The position numbers were made by a program, and so were the translations under genes. Below the pieces are notes generated by a model, which was not told the origin of the DNA, searched no databases, and saw only the letters and a program-made list of their open reading frames with translations. This document shows positions 20,430-28,171 of a stretch of 64,000 nt of DNA, piece after piece. Source of the stretch: an uncultured delta proteobacterium (GTDB lineage Bacteria > Desulfobacterota > Syntrophia > Syntrophales > Smithellaceae); the NCBI GenBank assembly GCA_963710995.1, contig CAVQCU010000056.1, forward strand, positions 432-64,431. Direction: 5' to 3'. Each line of letters begins with the position of its first letter. Position 1 is the first letter of the stretch.

Positions 20430-20552
20430 GATGATTGTGACTGCAAAATAAGGGATGTGGTGTCGATGCTTGTCGTAGGGCGTGAATTGTGTTTGCTACA
20501 GATTAAAAGAAAGCATGTCCATGAAAAATCCTAAATACTCACTTGCAGGAAG
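20401..20552 (+). repeat. Cassette-boundary module, full copy G
   Basis: Contains GCGTGTCAAG, GTGTCGATGCTTGTCG, GAATTGTGTTTGCTACAGATTAAAAG, a linker and CTTGCAGGAAGTAAGAAAT. The linker is close to those of copies A and K. Confidence 0.8.
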
Positions 20553-20643
20553 TAAGAAATAAAATTCGACTAAAAATATTTTATCCGAACTTTAAAAATT
20601 AAAGATTGTATCTACAAAGTTTCAGTAGAGAGCGGTTGTCAGA

Positions 20644-20666
20644 GTTGAGGATTACCATTTAAAAGG
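20644..20666 (+). repeat. Cassette-boundary module, diverged box1 only (copy G')
   Basis: GTTGAGGATTACCATTTAAAAGG is nearly identical to 803-825. Confidence 0.35.
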
Positions 20667-20792
20667 TGGCATCCGAAATCGATTATGAGCAAAGGAGAGA
20701 CCCCTTTGTCCTTCCTGTTGCTCATATTCCATTGAATAGTAATTAACGAGAATATTTAATTCTTTCAAAATCTGGATTTTCTCGATCCCTTA

Positions 20793-21134
20793 TTAGTTCT
20801 CTTGTTTCATGCATGATTTCAAGTTACCATCGATAAAGAAAAAAATCAGAGCATCTGCTTTGCATATACTCTTGGATATGGTAACCTCTGCATTAAGCAT
20901 ACAAGATTCTAATTTACCGTTGCTATAAAAACTTATAGGGCCACCATTTTTACATGTAATGTTATTCGCATCGTAATTATCTTTGAGTTGGCAAGCTTTT
21001 AGTGACCCGTCGTCATAAAGAACAACTTTTGAATCAGTACTACAAATTGATTGGTCAGCGGCGTATACATTGAAACTAATCAATACTGATGTTAATAGTA
21101 AACTCTGGAAAAACAAATTCTTTATAATTTTCAT
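20793..21134 (-). CDS. Small secreted Cys-rich repeat protein (MORN-variant/YwqK-like repeats)
   Basis: Signal peptide, then three repeats ending in Cys (YDDGSLKAC, YSNGKLESC, IDGNLKSC). The gene is AT-rich. Confidence 0.5.
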   Translation of the reverse strand: MKIIKNLFFQSLLLTSVLISFNVYAADQSICSTDSKVVLYDDGSLKACQLKDNYDANNITCKNGGPISFYSNGKLESCMLNAEVTISKSICKADALIFFFIDGNLKSCMKQEN

Positions 21135-21277
21135 AAAATATTGTCTCCTTTAGCTGTTGACCTTAATTCATCCTGACTCAATTGTTACGTTTTAAGTCGA
21201 TTGATAATTTTTCCTCTGGTTATTGACCTACCCCAAATAATTGTACCACATATTAAGTTAGAGTTCAGCCACTTTTT

Positions 21278-21339
21278 GTTGATTACAATTTGAAACGTTG
21301 TATGAATTGAGAAAATAAGAAAATCAATCTTACAGGAAG
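21278..21339 (+). repeat. Cassette-boundary module, core copy H (abuts the IS3 left inverted repeat)
   Basis: Contains GTTGATTACAATTTGAAAC, a 33-nt linker and CTTACAGGAAGAAAGAAAG. Confidence 0.65.
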
Positions 21340-21374
21340 AAAGAAAGATTTTTGCTAACGTAATTGAATTTTGT

Positions 21375-21740
21375 TTAAATCAACCATGAAGCCGGGGACA
21401 GGGAATCAAGACCAATGACCTTTCTCGCCTTATTGCACGTAGGATTGTGATGTCCGGTTTTCCATGAAGGCTCGAAATCCCGGCAGACGGATGGGCGATG
21501 GTCATAAATCGTGCATTGCACTTTCCGCCCCGGTTCTCCGCAAAGAGCAATGCATCTTCGCTCTTGAGGGCTTGTCCAACACATAGCTCTACGAAAATTA
21601 TCAACCTTCATAGTTTTACTGACAGGAACACCTCCTTCCAAAACATCATCCGCTTCTGCCCAATAAAAGGATACTCGAAAATTAATGCAACACGCTCCGC
21701 AATCAAGGCAATGATTGAATCCGGCTATTTTATCGTCCAT
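21375..21740 (-). CDS. YkgJ-family (UPF0153) cysteine-cluster protein
   Basis: CLDCGACCINFRVSFYW plus a downstream Cys cluster (CIALCGEPG..C) are characteristic of the YkgJ Zn/Fe-chelating family. Confidence 0.7.
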   Translation of the reverse strand: MDDKIAGFNHCLDCGACCINFRVSFYWAEADDVLEGGVPVSKTMKVDNFRRAMCWTSPQERRCIALCGEPGRKVQCTIYDHRPSVCRDFEPSWKTGHHNPTCNKARKVIGLDSLSPASWLI

Positions 21741-21785
21741 AGAGTCGATTCCTCAGTTTCTTCGGTTTTTGGAATTAAGGAATAC

Positions 21786-21850
21786 TGTTTGTAACCTAGC
21801 ATAAAATTAAAAATAAAAGAACTGTGGACTTCAGCTTACTATAAGGAAGA
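21786..21850 (+). repeat. Cassette-boundary module, variant copy I
   Basis: Contains CTGTTTGTAACCTAGCATAAAATT..CTTACTATAAGGAAGAAAT. Its first 26 nt are identical to copy J. Confidence 0.6.
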
Positions 21851-21882
21851 AATAAAATTTCAATTTCCAAACCAAGATCTTT

Positions 21883-21999
21883 TATACCTTGAAAGAAGCG
21901 AAGACGCTGATTGAAAAATGGCGCATGGAAAACAACACGTTCAAGCCGCACAGTTCTTTGAATTACCGCTCTCCAGCGCCAGAGGCGTACCTGAATTGA
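21883..21999 (+). pseudogene. IS3-family transposase, C-terminal remnant
   Basis: Translates to YTLKEAKTLIEKWRMENNTFKPHSSLNYRSPAPEAYLN*, the conserved tail of IS3 OrfB (rve) proteins. Confidence 0.75.
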
Positions 22000-22147
22000 G
22001 AAATAAAAAGTGGCTGAACTCTAACTTAATATGTGGTACAACTATTTGGTGCAGGTCAAATTATGTAGGGGGATACTAGCCCTAATGATTTTGATATGGG
22101 GAATGTCAGCTTAAACTCTTAAATCCGGGGACACCCTGAGGAGAACC

Positions 22148-23089
22148 ATGAAAAAACAAACTAAAGTAGCCGCAATTCAACTTGCCACAAAAGTAGGGGA
22201 TTCAACCGCGAATATCGCCAGCTGTCAGCGTTTATCATTACTGGTGGTCCATGAGGGCGCGCGCTGGATCGCGTTGCCGGAGTTCTTCACTACGGGAGTC
22301 AGTTGGAATCCGAGCATTGTCGAAGCCATTCAGACCACTGACGGCACGGCGGCAAGTTTCTTGCGTGACTTTTCCGCAAAGCATCAAGTGGTGTTGGGAG
22401 GCTCATTCTTATGCAGGCTTTCCGATGGCAGTGTACGCAACCGCTACTTGTGTTATGCGAACGGCACTCTTGTTGGCAAGCACGACAAAGACCTTCCTAC
22501 GATGTGGGAAAATTATTTCTATGAAGGCAGTGACCCGATCGACAGCGGTATGCTCGGGACCTACGACAACACGCGTATCGGCGCGGCCGTCTGTTGGGAG
22601 TTCATGCGCACGATGACCGCACGTCGGCTCCGCAATCAGGTGGATGTGATCATGGGCGGTTCGTGCTGGTGGAGCATACCCACCAATTACCCTGGCTGGC
22701 TCCAGAGACTCTGGGAGCCGGAAAACATTCGCAACGCCCTTGCCGCCATACAGGATAGTGCCCGTCTCATCGGTGCGCCGGTCATCCATGCCGCGCATTG
22801 CGGCGAGATTGAGTGCCCAATGCCGGGGTTGCCGATCATCAAATACCGGGGTTTTTTTGAGGGTAACGCGGCTATTGTGGATGCGAACGGCCATGTGCTG
22901 GCGCATCGTAGTGCCAAACAAGGCGAAGGAATCGTTTGTGCAGAGGTTTCGTTGGGCGCACAAGCGACTACCGAAGAAATCCCCAATCGTTACTGGCTAC
23001 GCAACAGAGGTCTTCTGCCCACTCTTGCATGGCATCATCACCGTTGGTTGGGGCGGCACTGGTATGCACGTAACGTGCGTCAGGCATAA
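22148..23089 (+). CDS. Carbon-nitrogen hydrolase (nitrilase superfamily) protein
   Basis: E-K-C triad context (WIALPEFF, GKHDKDLP, AAVCWEF). By eye it is markedly more GC-rich than its flanks. Confidence 0.8.
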   Translation: MKKQTKVAAIQLATKVGDSTANIASCQRLSLLVVHEGARWIALPEFFTTGVSWNPSIVEAIQTTDGTAASFLRDFSAKHQVVLGGSFLCRLSDGSVRNRYLCYANGTLVGKHDKDLPTMWENYFYEGSDPIDSGMLGTYDNTRIGAAVCWEFMRTMTARRLRNQVDVIMGGSCWWSIPTNYPGWLQRLWEPENIRNALAAIQDSARLIGAPVIHAAHCGEIECPMPGLPIIKYRGFFEGNAAIVDANGHVLAHRSAKQGEGIVCAEVSLGAQATTEEIPNRYWLRNRGLLPTLAWHHHRWLGRHWYARNVRQA

Positions 23090-23184
23090 AAACTTGCGTT
23101 ACACCATCTGAGCATCCCAATAGCGGATTTATGCAATGAAAGTTTATATGTATCCTTGCTAATAGACCCAATACCAACGATTAC

Positions 23185-23237
23185 TGTTTGTAACCTAGCA
23201 TAAAATTGCAGATTTGAAAAATAAGGATTTCAGGAAG
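23185..23237 (+). repeat. Cassette-boundary module, variant copy J
   Basis: Contains CTGTTTGTAACCTAGCATAAAATT..GATTTCAGGAAGTAAGAAAT. Confidence 0.6.
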
Positions 23238-23354
23238 TAAGAAATAGCTTTACATCTATTGTCAATTAAACTTTTTAAAAATTCATCCCTCCAAGGCGAA
23301 GAAAAGATAAACTGTATAAAATAATGAAATACGTCGGTTATGACTTAAATAAAA

Positions 23355-23400
23355 AACATTTTCTAAAGGGCGCAGACGCCCCTTCAAGTGGTTTTTTTTA
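23355..23400. terminator. Possible bidirectional intrinsic terminator
   Basis: GGGCG-CAGA-CGCCC hairpin with T-rich tracts on both strands, downstream of the radical-SAM gene. Confidence 0.4.
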
Positions 23401-23544
23401 AGACATTGCATAAATCGTTAACTTTAATTCTCTGCTTCTCCGCCGGATAAAGGCGTCATTGATGTCGGATGCCACAATTCAAATGGAAACCCTCAATTAA
23501 ATTTCAATCCAAAAAATATTGATAAGTAGACGCAGTCAAATGTT

Positions 23545-25092
23545 TTAATCATAATAGTATTGCTTGTTGTTAACAAAAAACGGTGCATGGTTGGAGGTGA
23601 AAAATTCTGGCGTGCGTTTGAGTATTGGAGCTACCGCCGGATGCTTTTTAAAAGTTTTCTCTAAAAAATTGCGCACGGCAGGCCTCTGCCAGCCTGCGGT
23701 GTGCTGAAAGTTTTTGTACAAAGACAAATCGCCTTCATAAAAGTCACGCGTCGCCAGGCTTTGCGCCTCAATGCTCCGGGCAGGTAAATTAAAAATCGCC
23801 AGATTTAAAAAGTCGATGCAGTCATGATGCTGACAAACGAAATCCAGTGTCTTTGCCGCCGATTCCTGTGTTTCCGGCGGTGTGCCGAAAAGAAAATAAC
23901 AATAAGTTGCAATGCCTGCTCTTTTCAGCGTTTTTAATACTGCTGAAGCTGTCGGCAAATCAATTCCTTTGTTTAATTGATCAAGCACTTCCTGATTGCC
24001 GGATTCAATTCCCAGTTTGAGCATGGCACAGCCGCTACGTTTTAAGGATAAACAAAAATCTTCATCAGATAAATGTTGAGTAATCCGGGTAAAACCATAC
24101 CAAGGCGCGCCCGGCGGCTTTTGTGCCAAAGCGCCGAGCAGTGACGGAGAAATAGAGCTATCCAGAATATGAATCAGTGAAGGATTCATCTGCCGGGTCA
24201 AAACTTGCAGTTCTTCCGTGACTTGAGAAACCCCCAGCGGCAAATAAGCATTGCCTTCCGCTTTTTCCGGGCAAAAAGCGCATTTGTGCCAGTAGCAGCC
24301 GTGCGCGCTGCTGTACGGCAGGATCGGACCGGGCGATAAATATTGATCAATCGGAAAACCATTGTAATCGGGTGGGCAGAAGGTCTTGCCGTCTTTAACT
24401 TCCAGAAGCTCTAATAATTTTTGTTCTCCGGCGCCTGCGACCATTTCATCTACAAATCCCTTGAAAATATCATTGTGCACGCCGAGTTTAACCCATGAAG
24501 TAATAAGTGATCCGCCTAAAATAATTTTTTGCCGCGGCTGAATTTGTTTGATAAAGCCGATCATGGCAAAAGTACAGAGCGCCTGACTGAGATAGTTTAA
24601 AGAAAAACCGATAAAATCCGGGTCGTCTTCCAGCGCGTTCATCAGGCGATATTGAAAATAAGGATAGAAAGGATTGGCTTGCGGTTTTCCGGCCGCGGAT
24701 ATTAAGTCGGCGCTTTTTACCGGAGATAGGCATTGATCGTGATAATCGGCAAGCGATAGATCAACACGCCGTGATTTTCCCGCCACATTTAAAAGATGGT
24801 TAATATCCATAACTACCCGCTGGTAGCGGCTTGGGCTTTGGTAGGTAGCGATGTCCTGCAGAGCAACAAGATTGTGTTTCAGATTTTTTACGGCGCGCGT
24901 TGTCCATCTATCAGTTGTTGTATTGTTATTTGAAGGATGTTGCAGAAGGTAGAGGATGCCTTCCAGATTGGCATCAATAATTTCGTAGTGAATGCCATTT
25001 GCGTTTAGACAGGCGTATAATTTGGCGATGCCCGCAGGCGGTTCTGAACATTTGACAATCGGCGGATGAATTAAAATTATTTTTAAGGGCAT
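23545..25092 (-). CDS. B12-binding-domain radical SAM protein
   Basis: N-terminal cobalamin-binding-like fold (ILIHPP..), a radical-SAM Cys cluster region (CYWHKCAFCPE) and an elongated C-terminal domain. I chose the ATG at 25092. Confidence 0.75.
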   Translation of the reverse strand: MPLKIILIHPPIVKCSEPPAGIAKLYACLNANGIHYEIIDANLEGILYLLQHPSNNNTTTDRWTTRAVKNLKHNLVALQDIATYQSPSRYQRVVMDINHLLNVAGKSRRVDLSLADYHDQCLSPVKSADLISAAGKPQANPFYPYFQYRLMNALEDDPDFIGFSLNYLSQALCTFAMIGFIKQIQPRQKIILGGSLITSWVKLGVHNDIFKGFVDEMVAGAGEQKLLELLEVKDGKTFCPPDYNGFPIDQYLSPGPILPYSSAHGCYWHKCAFCPEKAEGNAYLPLGVSQVTEELQVLTRQMNPSLIHILDSSISPSLLGALAQKPPGAPWYGFTRITQHLSDEDFCLSLKRSGCAMLKLGIESGNQEVLDQLNKGIDLPTASAVLKTLKRAGIATYCYFLFGTPPETQESAAKTLDFVCQHHDCIDFLNLAIFNLPARSIEAQSLATRDFYEGDLSLYKNFQHTAGWQRPAVRNFLEKTFKKHPAVAPILKRTPEFFTSNHAPFFVNNKQYYYD

Positions 25093-25098
25093 AAGTTT

Positions 25099-25240
25099 TA
25101 CCAATTCTAAATCAAAACGCTATTTTTGTTGGCGTCGTTGTCGGCTTCCTCAACGCATAACCTGAAGGTCACACGTATAAAATACGCCTCATTGCCTCCG
25201 CTTAGCCGCCTCAATATCATCTTTGATTTAAAAATGGTAT
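25099..25240 (+). repeat. R3 repeat, copy a (~140 bp with ~17-nt imperfect terminal inverted repeats)
   Basis: TACCAATTCTAAATCAAA..TTTGATTTAAAAATGGTA flanks TTGTTGGCGTCGTTGTCGGCTTCCTCAACG..AAAATACGCCTCATTGCCTCC. Homologous to 35058-35180. Confidence 0.6.
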
Positions 25241-25512
25241 TGCTTAAAAAGGTTTCGATATTTCTTTAATATCTATTTTTTGCTTAAGCAAGGCCAATTT
25301 TACAGTTCATATTTGCCGCTTGACAGTTGGTAATCTTTACGCGATAGTCCCTACAATATTAATCGTTGCAGGCACTATTTTATTCTGCGCAAAAAAAGCT
25401 GTTTTGTATCTTGCTAAATTCGGAATGATGCTTATGTTCGACGGTAGCGATCTGGGTTGGTTTGTGATGACACTTTTTAGGCAAAATCATATCTTTCATA
25501 TAATGGTATTTT

Positions 25513-26298
25513 GTGAAAAATAATTCTTTTAGCAATAGAGTTAAAATAATACTGGTTCTGGCTATCGCGCTATTAGTGGCGCAGATAGCCAATACCATAT
25601 TTGCAGCCGAGAAGTATCCTTCGCCGCGCGGCGCAGTCAATGATTTTGCCAATGTCATTGATCAGGATAACGCCGTTAAAATAGAAGCTTTGTCGCGTGA
25701 AGTTTTACAAAAAACAGGCACGGCGGTTGTTGTGGTAACTGTCCCTACTATCGGAGAAGGAGAAGAAACCAGTCTCTATGCTAATGGACTTTATAAAGCG
25801 TGGGGTATCGGGAAAAAGGGCGAGGACAAAGGTCTTTTAATTTTTTTAACTGTTAAAGAAAAAAAATATTGGATTGAAACCGGTTACGGTGTAGAGGGTA
25901 TATTGCCGGATGGTTTGGTCGGTGAAATCAGAGACAAGTATCTAAAGCCGCAACTCCAAGCAGGTAATTATGGTGATGCTTTTTATGACACAGTGTCCGC
26001 ATTTAGTTCTATTATTGCCAAAGATGCCGGTGTTCAGCTGAGCGGATCGCCCGCACCATACCGGACAAATGCCCGCGCCCAGCAAAAAGGCATTAACGTT
26101 TTTGGATTAATATTTTTCTTCATTGCGGCTGCCTTGCTTTTAGGCACAAGAACAGGAAGATCAATGCTTCCCTGGATATTGCTTTTGTTCTTGAGTGGCG
26201 GCCGTGGTGGTGGCGGTGGCGGCGGTGGTTTCGGCGGCGGCTTTGGCGGTTTTGGCGGCGGTGGTAGCGGCGGCGGCGGGGCCGGTGGAGATTACTAA
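25513..26298 (+). CDS. TPM-domain (YgcG-like) protein with a TM segment and Gly-rich tail
   Basis: Signal/anchor, TPM region (VNDFANVI..LLIFL..ETGYGVEGILPD), a TM helix and a GGGGGGFGGGFGG tail. Confidence 0.8.
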   Translation: MKNNSFSNRVKIILVLAIALLVAQIANTIFAAEKYPSPRGAVNDFANVIDQDNAVKIEALSREVLQKTGTAVVVVTVPTIGEGEETSLYANGLYKAWGIGKKGEDKGLLIFLTVKEKKYWIETGYGVEGILPDGLVGEIRDKYLKPQLQAGNYGDAFYDTVSAFSSIIAKDAGVQLSGSPAPYRTNARAQQKGINVFGLIFFFIAAALLLGTRTGRSMLPWILLLFLSGGRGGGGGGGGFGGGFGGFGGGGSGGGGAGGDY

Positions 26299-26372
26299 TC
26301 ACGGGTATGAACCACAAAGCAAGCTGCTGGGTATTATATATAGTCCCACTTAGCTTCGCACGTGGGATAATT
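26298..26372 (+). repeat. 75-nt repeat, left arm of a long-range inverted pair (partner 30322-30395)
   Basis: ATCACGGGTATGAACCACAAAGCAAGCTGCTGGGTATTATATATAGTCCCACTTAGCTTCGCACGTGGGATAATT is roughly 85% identical by eye to the reverse complement of 30322-30395. Confidence 0.7.
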
Positions 26373-26394
26373 TCCAATAGCCTTTGGCTATTGG
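26372..26394. repeat. Perfect mini-palindrome inserted between two copies of GATAATT
   Basis: CCAATAGCC-TTT-GGCTATTGG is flanked on both sides by GATAATT, which looks like a 7-bp target duplication. Confidence 0.5.
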
Positions 26395-26540
26395 ATAATT
26401 CGACTAACAAACTTTAATGCGCCTATAGTGACCTTTAGGTTATTCGCTTTTAAAGTTTGAGTCTCATTACGACCAGCAAGTTTCAGTCGAAGATGACCTT
26501 CAGGTTACGTGCTTCGCTTCTGAAACTTGGGACTCATTAC
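26393..26540 (-). repeat. Two nested/tandem hairpin repeats of the TAATGAGAC..GAATTATCC (R2) family
   Basis: Read on the minus strand: TAATGAGTCCCAAGTTTCAG..CTGAAACTTGCTGGTCG, then TAATGAGACTCAAACTTTAA..TTAAAGTTTGTTAGTCGAATTATCC. Confidence 0.65.
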
Positions 26541-26563
26541 AATAAATTAATCGGGTGTGTAAA

Positions 26564-27289
26564 ATGGCAAAAATACCAGATAAACCAGAAGATGTTTTTG
26601 TTCCTTTAACTCAAGACTATCAGAAAGTATTCGGCAAGGAGCTGATCTCTCTTATTCTTTACGGGAGCGCTGCTGGTGGCTCTTATGTAAAAGGCAAATC
26701 GGACATTAACCTGCTCGTTGTCTTGACCCCGGAGGCGATCAACAGGCTGGAAGATTCTTTGGCCACGGTTAAACATTGGAAAAAGTGCCGTGTGGCCGTA
26801 CCTCTGGTTATGACAAAGGCATTTATTGAGTCTTCTCTGGATTGTTATCCGATAGAGTTTTTGAATATGAAAAACCGCCACATTTTAATTTATGGCGAAA
26901 ATGTTTTGGAACAATTGAATTTTAAGCCGGAAGATTTACGTCTGCAAATTGAAAAGGAACTGAAAGGGAAACTGATTTTGCTTCGCCAGGGTTATCTGGA
27001 AACGGAAGGGAACCCGCGGCAATTGAAACAACTGATCAGCCGGTCATTTACGGCTTTTATTTCCATATTCAATGCTCTGCTTTATTTAAAGCAGGAATCG
27101 GCGCCGCATAAGAGACGCGATACAATAAAAGAAGTGGCCAAGCTTTTTGCGGTTGACGCGGAAGTATTCTTCTCTTGTGCCGACATTAAAGAAGGCGTGG
27201 ATAAACTCTCCGGCGAAGAAGTAGCGGGTGTCTTCAAAAAATATTTGCGCGAAGTCGAAAAGCTTTGCAACATAGTTGATGCTTTATAA
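26564..27289 (+). CDS. Nucleotidyltransferase (Pol-beta superfamily) domain protein
   Basis: LYGSAAGGSYVKGKSDINLLVV is the G[SG]-x9-13-DxD-type NTase signature. A helical C-terminal domain follows. Confidence 0.7.
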   Translation: MAKIPDKPEDVFVPLTQDYQKVFGKELISLILYGSAAGGSYVKGKSDINLLVVLTPEAINRLEDSLATVKHWKKCRVAVPLVMTKAFIESSLDCYPIEFLNMKNRHILIYGENVLEQLNFKPEDLRLQIEKELKGKLILLRQGYLETEGNPRQLKQLISRSFTAFISIFNALLYLKQESAPHKRRDTIKEVAKLFAVDAEVFFSCADIKEGVDKLSGEEVAGVFKKYLREVEKLCNIVDAL

Positions 27290-27382
27290 ATTATCCCGAC
27301 ACACTTTGGTATAGGGATAATTCGACTAAGAATTTTTACTTCTTCCGCAGTTATGCGGGATTGTAAAAATTAAGTCTCATTA
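27290..27382 (-). repeat. R2 hairpin repeat copy
   Basis: Contains AATTATCCC..GGGATAATTCGACTAAG, a stem (AATTTTTAC/GTAAAAATT) and AAGTCTCATTA. Confidence 0.6.
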
Positions 27383-27409
27383 TAAATTTAAAATATGCAG
27401 GAGGAAAAA

Positions 27410-27985
27410 ATGGATTCAAAAAAGAAAACTTTAATCATTGTGCTGGCAGTAATTGTTTTTCTGGCTATCGCCGCTTATTCTTTTTTCGTGGGCAACAAAA
27501 ATAAATTTGTCAATTTGGATCAGGCAGTTAAAACTTCGTGGGCGCAGGTGGAAAATCAATTGCAGCGGCGTTTCGATTTGATTCCCAATCTGGTGGAAAC
27601 GGTAAAAGGTTACGCCAAGCAGGAAAAAGATGTCATGGTGGAAGTGACCAACGCCCGCGCTAAAGTCGGCGGTGCCGGAAATGTTCCTGATAAGATCGCG
27701 GCTAATAACCAATTGTCCGGCGCTTTGAGCAGATTGATGGTGGTTGTAGAAAAGTATCCTGATCTGAAATCCAATCAGAATTTTATGCACCTGCAGGATG
27801 AGCTGGCAGGGACGGAAAACAGAATCGCTGTGGAGAGAATGAGATACAACGAAGCGGTAAAAGATTATAATCAGGCGATAAAATCATTCCCGGCCAATTT
27901 GCTTGCCGGAATGTATGGTTATGAAGAGGCTTCATTTTTTAAAGTCGAGGAAGCAGCGAAGGTAGCGCCAAAAGTAAAATTTTAA
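27410..27985 (+). CDS. lemA: LemA-family membrane protein
   Basis: N-terminal TM segment, then the LemA pattern (..LDQAVKTSWAQVENQLQRRFDLIPNLVETVKGYA..YPDLKSNQNF..). Confidence 0.9.
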   Translation: MDSKKKTLIIVLAVIVFLAIAAYSFFVGNKNKFVNLDQAVKTSWAQVENQLQRRFDLIPNLVETVKGYAKQEKDVMVEVTNARAKVGGAGNVPDKIAANNQLSGALSRLMVVVEKYPDLKSNQNFMHLQDELAGTENRIAVERMRYNEAVKDYNQAIKSFPANLLAGMYGYEEASFFKVEEAAKVAPKVKF

Positions 27986-28046
27986 TGGGGACCTTCTTGT
28001 GAAAGTAATCAGCCCCGGACTTTAGATAATAAGGTTCGGGGCTTGT

Positions 28047-28114
28047 TAATGAGACTCAAATTTCAAAAACGTAGTGAATTGAAATTTGTTAGCCGAATTA
28101 TCCCGGTTGAGTCT
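28047..28114 (+). repeat. R2 hairpin repeat copy
   Basis: Contains TAATGAGACTC, a stem CAAATTTCAA/TTGAAATTTG and TTAGCCGAATTATCCC. Confidence 0.6.
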
Positions 28115-28171
28115 CTTTTGGATTACTGTAAATATACCGATCCCTAGGCGCAACAAAATAATGAGTTAATA

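Larger units (their letters stand above)
21224..22058 (+). mobile_element. IS3-family shell: both terminal inverted repeats present, interior replaced
   Basis: TGACCTACCCCAAATAATTGTACCACATATTAAGTTAGAGTTCAGCCACTTTTT at 21224 is the inverted counterpart of ..AAAAAGTGGCTGAACTCTAACTTAATATGTGGTACAACTATTTGGTGCAGGTCA ending at 22058. Only ~115 nt of the transposase 3' end remains. Confidence 0.7.
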
